Under the pieces are notes generated by a model. That model ran no database searches, had not been told where the DNA came from, and saw only the letters and a list, made by a program, of their open reading frames with translations. This document shows positions 13,149 to 23,616 of a stretch of DNA of 64,000 nucleotides, piece after piece. How positions within the stretch are numbered: the stretch's first letter is position 1; each line of letters begins with the position of its first letter. This DNA is from Camelus ferus (taxonomy: Eukaryota). The stretch lies in contig NC_045696.1 in the NCBI RefSeq assembly GCF_009834535.1, positions 102,426,001-102,490,000 of the forward strand, given 5' to 3'. The position numbers and the translations under genes are program-made.

Positions 13149-14705
13149 GACCACATGTCCTCCTCCTGTGCCCCGGGCTGAAAGGGTCCGCAGCTCACCA
13201 GCAAGGGTGAGGTCTGCAAGCTTCTCTCTCCAGAGGACCAGCTGGTCAAGCACATGATTCTGCCCTGATAAATCACCTTCCGCTGGGATATGCTGAAGGT
13301 GGATTCAAATAGCAAAGGGAGACTTTGGATTGTTTAAAATCATCATATCCCTAGGCCTCAATTCCTTTATCCAACAAATGAAGGAAATAACACTCTGTAA
13401 TCAAAATTAATGGAAAATCATCAAGGGCTTTCCAGAGTTGTAGAAATACTTACAAGGTGTTCCAGGGAATGCCAGGCTCTGAACTTTAATATCTTCCCGG
13501 TCCTTAACTGAGCACAACAGTTGCTCATCTGAAAGGAGTTATCAAGTATTCCATTTGCAGTTGGAATTACAGACCCTCTTAAGCATCTTTTCAGTTGCTG
13601 TCCTCTCATCATAACTAGGCTACGTTCAGGAGCCTCTCCCGATCTGTCCCCACTGTGGTGGTGAGTGGGTTTGAATCCAGGGGCAACCAGACTCCCAGCT
13701 CCTGCGGGCTGCATCCGCCCTCTGACCCACACACTCAGGGCATCCCAGGAATGACGGAGTGGCACTGTCCAGATGTGGACCAGCTCCAGCAGCACCACCT
13801 CCAAGATAATCTCTTGTCTTGAGTGCCTGGGGGTGACTGTATCTCTACAAGCCAACATTAACCTCTTTCCATTTTTTTCCCCTTTCCCTATTTATTACAG
13901 CATTTCAGAAAGTTGATGAGGTGAAATATTCTCCAGCAGAGGAAATTATATAAAGCCTAAGAGTTAGTTCTGATGGAACGGTGAAATAATTTCACTACTT
14001 TTCTTTGAGGGAAAAAAGAAAAGGACTAAGGCCACCTGAGGCAGCCTCTAGGGATTTCATTATTGATAGATCGGAGGGAGACATAATGGCTTTATACGGA
14101 CAGGTTTTTCTTTTAACTTGGTAGAGCACTTTGGGATGAAGAGATGAGAAAGACAGACAATAGAATAAACCGGGCACCAGCTCATTGACATACATTTTGT
14201 ATCAGGATGCACTGAGGTATGAAGTATAAACCGACTGCGTTGAATGGGGAAAATAAAGTATTTTGGCAGTCTCTGTTCACTACCCAGTTTGAGAATGACT
14301 GAACATTTTATGAAATGCCTCTTGCTTCTTGGTGAAAATTTCTGGTGGTTTAAGCTGTGTGTGCAGTTTTAAGAAAACACAATCCTTTATGCTATTGTTG
14401 AAGATAATGCTTAAGGATGCATTCTCTAAGCAGATGAGACAGAGTGGGAGAAGGGGAGGGAAGAGGACCGTTTCCACATCTCTCTGATACTGGCTAGTCC
14501 AGGCTCCATTTCTCCATGATGAAAGGCTACCAGGAGAGCTGGGAAAGTGTGTGGAGCCAAGATTATAAATAGTAATTTTTGCAGGCCAAATTACCTCCTA
14601 CAAGGGGGAGTAGGGATGTCGAGGTAAGAATGACTGTCTCCTTTCACTGCATGCAAATGTTAGTGCTGTGTGAGAAACTAAACCCCACCTTCCTTCCAGC
14701 AAGGA

Positions 14706-14725
14706 TTCCTTAACAGGCCTCGCAG
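14706..14725 (+). promoter_or_regulatory. U12-type (minor spliceosome) branch site and 3' splice site of the SLC9A9 intron
   Basis: TTCCTTAAC at 14706-14714, 11 nt before CAG| (14723-14725), with no polypyrimidine tract between them. The partner U12 donor is not in the window. Confidence 0.88.
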
Positions 14726-14831
14726 ATACCTGAAACCGATTTTAACCCACTCTGGTCCTCCATTGACCACAACGTTACCTGAGTGGTGCGGCCCAATTTC
14801 CAGACTGCTCACCAGTCCTCAGGCCTATGGG
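14726..14831 (+). CDS. SLC9A9: Penultimate coding exon (106 nt, phase 2 to 0) of endosomal Na+/H+ exchanger NHE9; encodes (K)[35 protein letters not shown]
   Basis: Hand translation matches the remembered NHE9 cytoplasmic tail ...[39 protein letters not shown]. Bounded by cgcag| and GGG|gtgagt. Splices in frame to the next exon. Too short for the ORF track. Confidence 0.95.
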
Positions 14832-16158
14832 GTGAGTAACTATCCCGAGAGGGACAGGCTTGGTGAATACTGATGAGCCCAGCAACCTCGAGGCTATTAC
14901 TTCCCAGCTTGAGGAGGAAGGAGTTAAAATTCACTGCACCAAGAAGCATTTCTCTTCTCTCTCCAGTTGTAGCTGATGTGGGCTCATTCTTCTTTTAAGA
15001 ATGCAGATTTTTTATGGTGACCAATATTTTTAGCCATAAAATGGATTTTGAAAATATAAACGAAGTCATGTGTCCTCACAAACTGCTGTGTTTTGAGGTT
15101 TTGACTATTAAGCCTGTGCTTTGTAGCTCAAGGGAGTGGAATAAAAAAACCACTGAGAAGCAATTAGACTCATTACCAGTAAATCAGAGTGCCAGGAATT
15201 GGAGAGGAGCAGAATCTTGGAGTTTGTGGCACCTTTGGAGGTTGTCCAGCTGGTCGACCCCTCATATAAACAGAGAAAAAGGGCCTCTCAAGTCTCTGAT
15301 GTGCTCAGGGCACAACAGTCTGAAGCAGTGGTCATCAAAGTGTGTCCCCAAACCAGCAGCCGCAGCATCACTTGGAAACTTAATAGAAATGCAAATTCGG
15401 TCTCAGGGGCCCAGCGTCTGTACTTGAACTAGCCCTCCAGGTGACTCCAGTACAGGCTAAACTTGGAAAACACTGACCTGAGGTCACCTAACCAGGGCCC
15501 ATTCTACAAGTAATTTTGTTTGGGTTTCCCCAAACAAGTGGAAGAAGAGTTGAGATTTTAATTCTCTTCTTCAAGGAAAGCTCTGTCTGAGGAGAACTTG
15601 TTGGCCAGACCTAGTTCATTTCCACCATCATCCACTATGGTAACTTCCAACCATGTTTAGCCTTGTGACCCTCATCCCGAGAAACAGACTGTGAGGACTT
15701 ATTTTTCAAAGAAAATATAAGAGAAACTGTGTTTTAAGAATTTTGTGATAGGCAGGAGGATTACAAAGCCCACACTGAGAACCATTCGGTGCTATGAGGT
15801 CACAGGATTCTGCAGACTCCTAACTCCTCTCACCCAGATTGGGTACCAATTCAAAGCATCCACTGCGTTTAATTTCAACTCCCTTAACCCACAGAGGCGC
15901 TCAGTTAGCACGGCTAACTTTCACCGGCTAGGCCTGGAGACCCTGATGGCCATGTGATGATGTGAGTCCCCAGTGCTGACTCGGGGAAACGCTTCAAAAG
16001 CCCACGACATGCAGGGGGCATAGGCACTAGCAGAAACTTCAGCAAAGACCGGGCCGTTAAAAAAGGAAAACGAACATCCTATTTTCGTACACCGTAGGAC
16101 TGCTATTGTTTTCTGCCTTTATCAGGAAGTGACCTCTCTCTCTCTTTCCAAAATCCAG

Positions 16159-16386
16159 GAGCAGCTAAAAGAGGATGATGGAGAATGCATCGTAAATCAG
16201 GACGAGCTGGCCATGAATTTCCAGGAACAAGCCCCCTCACCTTGCAGTCCTCCCGCCAGGCTGGATCTGGACCAGAAAGCTTCGCCCCAGACTCCGAGCA
16301 AGGAGAACATCTATGAGGGGGACCTGGGCCTAGGAGGCTATGAACTCAAGCTCCAGCAAACTCCGGGTCAGTCCCAGCTGAACTAA
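16159..16386 (+). CDS. SLC9A9: Terminal coding exon of NHE9 (75 aa + TAA): EQLKEDDGECIVNQDELAMNFQEQAPSPCSPPARLDLDQKASPQTPSKENIYEGDLGLGGYELKLQQTPGQSQLN
   Basis: Lies within ORF 16129..16386. Pyrimidine tract ctctctctctctttcc...ccag| acceptor at 16158. C-terminus KENIYEGDLGLGGYELKL...GQSQLN matches remembered NHE9. Confidence 0.95.
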   Translation, partial: EQLKEDDGECIVNQDELAMNFQEQAPSPCSPPARLDLDQKASPQTPSKENIYEGDLGLGGYELKLQQTPGQSQLN

Positions 16387-17852
16387 CGGGCACGAACAGC
16401 GCCGAGGTGATCGCAGGCCGTGCGAGGCTCGCGGAGGGATACGAGCCGCTGGTGAGGCCGCGCAGAGGGGAGGCTGGAAGATGTATTGAGGGCATAAATT
16501 GGAGAGATTCAAAACCTTGTCACATGTATCCTCTGGTGCCTGAAGAAATGAGAATTTATTATCAGCCCTCTATATCATGCAACTGAATTTAAGATTTTGA
16601 CAGCGCCATTTTTATTCATGAACTTGGGGGTGGGGAGCGGAGAGGGGCAGGGGCGCCAGGAGTCTAGCTGCTGAAGGATGAGACGGATGTGCTTGTGTCT
16701 GCAGGGGGTTTCTTGTCTGTGGGCAGCTCTCCTTCACTCAGATTTTGGATTTTTATTCCCTTCATTAGGGAGAGTTAAAAAATAAGAAAAAGAGTTTCTG
16801 AGCTTAAACGTGTGGCTCCTAAACTGAAGGGAATGCCCAGTTGTTCAGAAAGTGATAGGTTTTCTATTTTTAGAACCTAGGCTCCCACTTGCTCTTAACG
16901 AAGTAGGGCTATTTGCAGAGCCCGGATACGTGCCCGACAGCACTGTTGACGCCTCACAGAACCCTTGGCTCGTGGGGACCTCCTGTTCTCCTCCGCATCC
17001 TTTTCACACCGCTTTTCCCATTGAGTGAAGGGGCTGGCTACAGCTGGGGTGCACTCTGCTCTAAACACGGTGCCACTTTCCGCCTCGCTAGGACACCGTC
17101 CAGGGAAAGCTGGGTTCTCTTCCCAGTACCGTGTTTCACCTGAATAATGAGCCTTCCTGTCCTTGCATTTGAGTCACTTACTGGCTCTGCGGCAGGTGCC
17201 TCTGGGGGCTGCGAGGTGATGAGATCCCATAGCACAGGGCACTCTCCCCCGGGCAGGAGCCGGGACCTGTCCTCCAATCCTAACTTTCACGGCTGAATAG
17301 CAGTGCAGGGCAGGACCGGGAAGAGCAGGGCTGAGGATGTGTGGGGACCACACGGAGGAGGCAAGGACGCAGCATCAGGACCACCTCCCCTTATGCGGTG
17401 TGGCTCTTGGCCCTTGGAGGAGAGACCAACACAATAGCTTTGAATTCAGCTGCATGACCTGTGCCTTTAAGCCATTAAGATACCTCAAGCCCAGCTTCTC
17501 TTGAAATACAGATGTAATATTAGACTCCAAAAAGCAGGCCCCACTCACGGGTGCCCAGGCTTTGATGAGTCTGCGTCTGAGGGAGGCAAGAATGGCGTCT
17601 TCCTGGGACCCAAAGTTTGGAAGTAACATATGCTTGCTGACCAGTTGTCAGGCTTTAAATACAGACCATGGTGGTGTCAGGCACGCCACTATGCACACGG
17701 GTTCTCTTGCTTTCCAAACAGTAAAATCCAGGGGCACAAACTGTTTTGTACTCAGCTAAGTATAACTTGGCATTCCAGGTAGATATGGCAAATGGCAAAG
17801 CATGAAGTTTTCTAATTTGACTTAATCCTAATAAAATTTTGTAATACAGTAA
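16387..17852 (+). other. SLC9A9: SLC9A9 3' UTR (about 1.46 kb; 3' end approximate)
   Basis: Repeat-poor sequence from the stop codon to a well-formed poly(A) site. Confidence 0.75.
17830..17835 (+). terminator. Polyadenylation signal AATAAA of SLC9A9
   Basis: AATAAA with an upstream TGTA (about 17747) and a downstream GT/T-rich element (gatggtgttggccagttctttattt). Confidence 0.75.
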
Positions 17853-19436
17853 GATGGTGTTGGCCAGTTCTTTATTTAGACATCTTCTCTGTCCATGCTA
17901 ACTGGCAGTGCTAAGCCCTGACTCTCAAAGTGCCAGGAGAAGCAGACACCGAAAGGTGACATCAGGGAGATGCTGGGGTCCTCTGACCCAGGAAGAGCCG
18001 CAGGGGCTGCTCACCGAGTCCATGACGAGTGAAGAGAGCGCACTGGGCTGGGCTAGGCTGGGTCAGGCAGAGGGATGCATCCCCTTCTTTCACAATGCAG
18101 GGGACCAGAAATCCAGAAGAGCTTCAAAAATGAGGGAGGAGATTGTAGAGTAGAAAGAAGAAAAGGCAGAAGAGGAAGATTCATCTTATTTCTGCCCTTA
18201 TCACATGAAAGGAAGGGATGAGAGCTCGGTGTTCTGTTTCTTTCCCTTGGCGTGGAGAAAGACACACCAGGGAAAGAGATGGTCTCCCCAGACAGCGGGA
18301 GCAGAAGTGGAGAGAAGGGGAGAGATACTACACACCAGATGCAGGTGAGGTGGGGAGGGGAGGGGAAGGTACCCCGTCCACACCTGGAACCAACTCGCTA
18401 AGAGGGCAGAGCACAAATAGCCTCACGCCCCACTGGCAAAGCCCTCTTCCTGCTTGGGAAAAAAAAAAAATCTCTTTCCAGTTGAATATCATGACCCACT
18501 ACCAACATGGAGCATGACTGTTTGATCTGGGCTGGACTGCTCACCTCAGCTGACTCCAGGTAAGAACGATATTGTGAGTTCAAGGAAATTGGGTCCCACC
18601 CAATGTGTGAGAGCAGGTTCCAGCTTCCATATGTAATAAACAGATTCCTTCCCTTTGAATCAGCTCAAGACCCAAATGGAGGCTACCCAGTGTCCCAGTT
18701 AGCAATTCATAAAAATCAAATTCCCTTGATGCTACTGTTGTGAAGGATAATAATTTATGATCTTAAGAAATGCTCTGTGCTTTGATTAGCAGCATCAGGA
18801 CTGTGAAATTCAAACCTATTATTTACTGCCAGTTCCTAATGAATAATAAAGGCAAAGGAGCTTTATTCAAACCACTAATGCTTGCACTCATTATTAGAGC
18901 TTTAAAGGACTCTCATTAATTGGCTTACAGTTCTTCCTTGAACTTCTTACTGTGTGGACATCACACACACATACGTACACATACACAGTTCCTCTCACTG
19001 TCAGGGTCCCAGTTGGCCCCTTTGCAGTGTTCCCCTGGGTCCTCAGCACATGTCTGAGCAAATTCCATCACAGTCTTCATTCAGGAAGTTTCTAGAAACT
19101 TCCTGGAATATAACTTAATGATATGAATCAAAGCTGAACATTCAAATACGTTTCATGGGCAGTTTCATGGGCAGAAAAATTTTTCCAGATATTGGAGAAT
19201 TTTATACATATAAAGGGTATTTATTAAAACTACTGAATTGTCATCCTGGTGAAATAAAACATGGCACAGCCCCCTCTTGAGAGAGCATCATATGGACTGA
19301 TATGGAATGATCTCCAAGATTTATCATCAGATAAAAAGAGCAAGGCGCACAGTAGATGGGGTGCCGCCATCCTGGAATGTTAAAGAAGAAACTGGTAGTA
19401 TGACTGCTTCTGAAGAACTGAGGAGAGACTTCTCAC

Positions 19437-19855
19437 TTTTTTTTTTTTTTTTTAATTTTCAAAGCCAGAACATTTATTGTGCAGCTAATCGTTGAAATCT
19501 TTAAGATGAACTGGATGCCACAACAGCTGCCCTCTTGGGCTCAGAGAGCCCTTCCCTCACGGAATCCGTGCCTGAGTCTGCAGCGTACAGTTCTTAGGCG
19601 CCTCATTCGCCCGGTCCCGGTGGTACTCCCATCTTTCAGCTTCAGCGCTCCAGTTACACTTCCTCGTTCACTTGGGAGGGTGGCTGCATTTGCCACAGGT
19701 AGACTTCTGAAGATGGTGGGCCTTACAGCCAAATCGGCCGCCCACGGTGTGCGTCTCACTCCGACGCTTTCCCAACGACGACGTTCCCTTCGTCATCTCG
19801 CTTCTGCAGCCGAGACCAAGAGGCCGGAACAGAAGGTACTTCCGCTGTATCGCAG
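19437..19855 (-). pseudogene. RPL37: Full-length processed pseudogene of ribosomal protein L37
   Basis: Minus-strand ATG at 19796 gives [12 protein letters not shown]..., then ...TTGTGRMR..., ending SSSS-TAA at 19501. Premature TGA at 19668-19670 and two +1 frameshifts (296 vs 294 nt). Intronless; AATAAA at 19473-19478; poly(A) 19437-19453; TSD cttctcactttt at 19429 and 19856. Confidence 0.97.
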
Positions 19856-20214
19856 CTTCTCACTTTTACACCTTTTGGGGTTTTGTACACTGTGGATGCA
19901 TTGCTTATTCAAAATAATAATAGTAAGAAGCAGCTTACGAAATAACCCATTGAGGTACTGAGCTACAAAAGGAGGTAAAGACTGGAAAAGTTATTTTTCA
20001 CCACAATCTTTGAGACCTTGAGAATGCAAAGTACACGATCAATAGCACCGACATCTTCTGATTTATTCATTTGTATCAGTTTAACACACATGGATGCAAA
20101 CTATGTAAAAGGTTTTTAAAATTCAAAGACGTATGACTCAACCCCATCCGTCAACATTAGTAGAAGACAGACAGCTAAAATACATTTGATTCCTTATAAG
20201 GTACCAAAACATAT

Positions 20215-21060
20215 GATAAAGCTATAGTAACCAAAACAATACAGTATTGACCCAGAAATAAACAAAAAGATCAAGAAAATCTACTACTAAGGACAGAAAC
20301 GGATTCATGAATATATTTAGAAACTTGGTTCATAAAAAATGTCATTTCAACTTAAGGGCATGGTTGAATAGACTATTACTCAATAAATAGTCAATCTGGA
20401 AAAAGAAAGAAGACTAGGTAGTACCCTCGAACATGTACAAAATTAAATTCTAAATAACTCAAACAGCTAAGTGTAAAAAATAAAATTACAGGGTAACAAA
20501 AATATAAAATAGAATATATAAATAACTCTGGCATATGGATGGTCTTCCTGAGAAAGATACAAATCAAAAACAAAAATGATAAATTTGACTTCATAAAAAT
20601 AGGAACTACTGAATTCAAAAATATGTCAAGAATATGTAGAATCAAATATGTATAGCTTCTACCCAGACTTCTACTTTTAGGCATCTCTGTAGAAGAGAAA
20701 TACTTGGCATTTATGCATAAGGAGGCACACAATATATTTATTGTGACACCATTATTGCAAAATATTAGGGGGGGAAATATCCACCAATAGAAGAAGAGTT
20801 AACTAAACTATTATACCCATACTATGGAATTCACTGCAGCAATGGTACTCTGTGTAGAGATGTACTTACATGCATGCACTCAACATGGAATATTTCCAAG
20901 ATAAATTGCTAGTAAAAAAAAAAAAAAAAAAACAGCCTGGAATGATTGCACAGCAGATTGATAACCAAAAGGGGAGTGGGAATAGGAGTGCTGAATCAGA
21001 AGAGCCTTTTGTTTTATCTGCATTAATTTTCATTTTTACAATGAGATCACATTCATGTAC
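20215..21060 (+). mobile_element. Old L1 (L1ME-like) ORF2 3' part and 3' UTR; a further L1ME-type tail at about 19200-19920 hosts the RPL37 retrocopy
   Basis: ataaagctatagtaaccaaaacaatacagtattg ... catactatggaat ... tccaagataaattgctagt. Confidence 0.75.
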
Positions 21061-21099
21061 AGTCAGTTCTGACAGTGGCTCTGGCTTCAAGATGGAGGA

Positions 21100-21910
21100 A
21101 GGGAATTAAAGTGTAGTCAAGAACAGCTTCAAGGAGGAAGCTACATTTGAGGGAGGTCTTGAAAGATGAGAGGGTTTGACAAAGCAAGCAGATTGGCTCT
21201 GGTCTGTGGGGCAGGAGGTGGGGTGGGTCACTAGAATATGGAAAAGTATTCCAGCCAAAGGGAACAGCATGAGCAGAGACAAAGGGATGTGAAGCAGCCT
21301 GGGATGTTAGAAGAACTACAAATTATTCCCTACGGCTCCTGGAGGGGCTTGAGTGTAGGAAATGGAAGAATATGAGACAGTTCTGGAGCTGTAGATCAAA
21401 CTAAGCAGTCTGGGCCATGATCCTCTGAGAATGGGGAGCTATTGAAATCTCTTCAACAGGGAAGATAATGACCTGTTTTGTGAGGAGATGGAGTGCAAGT
21501 TAAGGCTGGAGGTGGTACAATAGCCCAGTTAGGATGCTATTTCACTAGCCCAGGAGAGAGATGATGAGAGACTAAGGCAGAATCAAGGAGGATGGAGGGG
21601 AGGACAGGTTCTAGATAAGTTTCAGGCCTAGAATCTACAAAATTGGTAGCTGATTGGCTATGGAAGGTGAGGAAGCTGGGGGAGCCCAGAACGGTCCCAG
21701 GTTTAAGGCTTAGATGACAATAGGTTGGAGGCTCCATTCACCGAAGTGTATTGGGAGGAGGAACAGGTGTGGGGAAAAGCCAATGAGTTCAGCTCTGGAC
21801 ACGGTGAGTCTGAAGTTCCTATGCAGAGCTGCGTGGAGACAGATGTCCAGAGGTTTACAAGGAACTGAAGTCTCCAGGCTGGAGATGTATATTTGGAGGG
21901 ATGAGCTGTG
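21100..21910 (-). mobile_element. L2 LINE fragment
   Basis: gggaacagcatgagcagagac ... gagttcagctctggacacggtgagtctgaag. Confidence 0.8.
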
Positions 21911-22307
21911 CATGCCAGCTTCACTGAAGAGTTTCGCAAATGCCACATGCCCTCCCTCACCTTTCTCTAAGAAAGAAATTCTAATACTCCCTCCCCACAA
22001 AAGGACCATGTCAGCAACTCCGAGCAGACAAGCCTATTTTTCTTCAAAAGGTACCACAGATGCTTCTCATTCAAACCCTGGGGAGACCCACTGACAAGAA
22101 GAAGAGGGAATCAGACAGAGGCTGAAAAGCACTGCATTCAGCGAATGGACAGAGTGTGCCCTCGTGAAAAGAGCCCTAGACAAGCCCTCACTGAGAGTCT
22201 AAGAAGCTCCAGCATTCCCCAGGGGACAGGGAACTAGATTAGAGAAGTACTGATTTCTACTGTTACTGTGCTGGTGGCCTCATACAATGGCCCTAACTCT
22301 CCTCAGC

Positions 22308-22610
22308 TGTGATGGTTTCATTTGTCAGCTTGGCTCACTGATAATCCCCCATGATTCCATCCAGCACTGATGTAGGTGTTGCTGTGAATGCAGATGTTGT
22401 GGATGTGATGAGCATCCACAGTTAGCTGACTTGAAGTAAAGGAGATAGGCGTGATAATCTGGGTGGGCCTGACTCGATCAGTTGAAAGGCCTCAAGAGCA
22501 AAACTGAGGTTTCTGAGGAGAAGAAATTCTGCCTATGGCTGCAGTTTCAGCCCCTTCCAGAGAGTTCCAGGCGGCCCCTCTGATGCCTGCCCTGAGCCAC
22601 GATTTCCTTC
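22308..22610 (+). mobile_element. ERVL LTR (MLT2D/F-like)
   Basis: tgtgatggtttcatttgtcagcttggct...gataatctgggtgggcctgactcgatcagttgaaaggcctcaagagcaaaactgagg. Confidence 0.85.
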
Positions 22611-23213
22611 CCTCCCCCAGCTCTCTCTCCCTTCCCTTTTTCTCTTCCCCTCACCCTCCAGATTGGAACACAAAGATAAAGACATGTTCATTCATGCAAA
22701 AATAAATGAAACAGGTTGATTATTTGATAAATTCCAATAGTTTTGAAAGGAGTACTTTGGGGATTTGTTTCTTTAACAAACCACATTCCACACTACGTTC
22801 TGATTTGATCATAGTGTTGACCGGGTCCCCTACCCCTTCTCCATCTATAGCACAGTTGAAGAATAACCGATGGCATAAAGATGGTCCAAAAGCACAATCC
22901 TGAAGTGCCTGTGAGATTAGCCAAGCATTCAGGTGTGTTTGTTACCCAGCACAGGCAGCTGGCAGGCTGGGTGTGGCGCAGGCTGCAAGGACTAAGAGGC
23001 CTGTCTGTGGAAGGTTCCACATGCCTCCCAGATATTGTCCATCAGCCTGTCAATCATTCAGTTTGACAAATACTTGTTAAACACTTACAGTATACTGCTG
23101 ATAATCCTGTGGAGGACCAACAGAACCATTCAAATGACAGCTCTTGTAGTGGAGGAAAAAAAAGTCCTCTCTGAGAGGTCCCCTCTCACATTGATCTGTG
23201 TAGCCAATATGGT

Positions 23214-23616
23214 GTTGTGGAGATGGTAGCACATAATTCTTACAGCCACTCCAGCTTCCGCCTTGCTTTCTTGGATGCTCACCCTGCAGGGAGATTGGCT
23301 GCCATGTCGTAGACACTCAAGCAGTCAGTCGTATGCAGGTGGGGTGGCATGGAATTGAGGCCTCTTGCCAACAGCCAGCACCACCTTGCCAGTCCTGTGC
23401 GTAGCCACCTGGGAGGTGAACCCTCCGCTTCAGTCAAGCCTTCAGATGAGCCCAGGCCCAGTTGACTGCAACTTCATGAGAGACCCTGAGCCAGAACCCC
23501 CCAACTAAGCTGCTCCCAGATTCCTTATCCGCAGAAACTACGTGAGACAGGAAGCGTGCACTATTGTTTTCAGCCACTGAATTTTGCAGTCATTTGTTAG
23601 GGAGCAATAGATCGTT
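23214..23616 (+). mobile_element. MaLR LTR (MLT1F-like)
   Basis: cagtcaagccttcagatga...tgactgcaacttcatgagagaccctgagccagaacc...agcaatagat. Confidence 0.85.

Noticed and set aside
13901..13920. Possible 20-nt micro-exon after a strong pyrimidine tract (ttacag|...GAG|gtgaaa)
   Set aside because: Weak donor, no NHE9 homology, and longer readings hit stops.
16129..16158. N-terminal MTSLSLSKIQ of ORF 16129..16386 as coding
   Set aside because: This is the polypyrimidine tract and acceptor; NHE9 homology starts at 16159.
19479..19961. 160-aa plus-strand ORF
   Set aside because: It is the antisense frame of the GC-rich RPL37 retrocopy.
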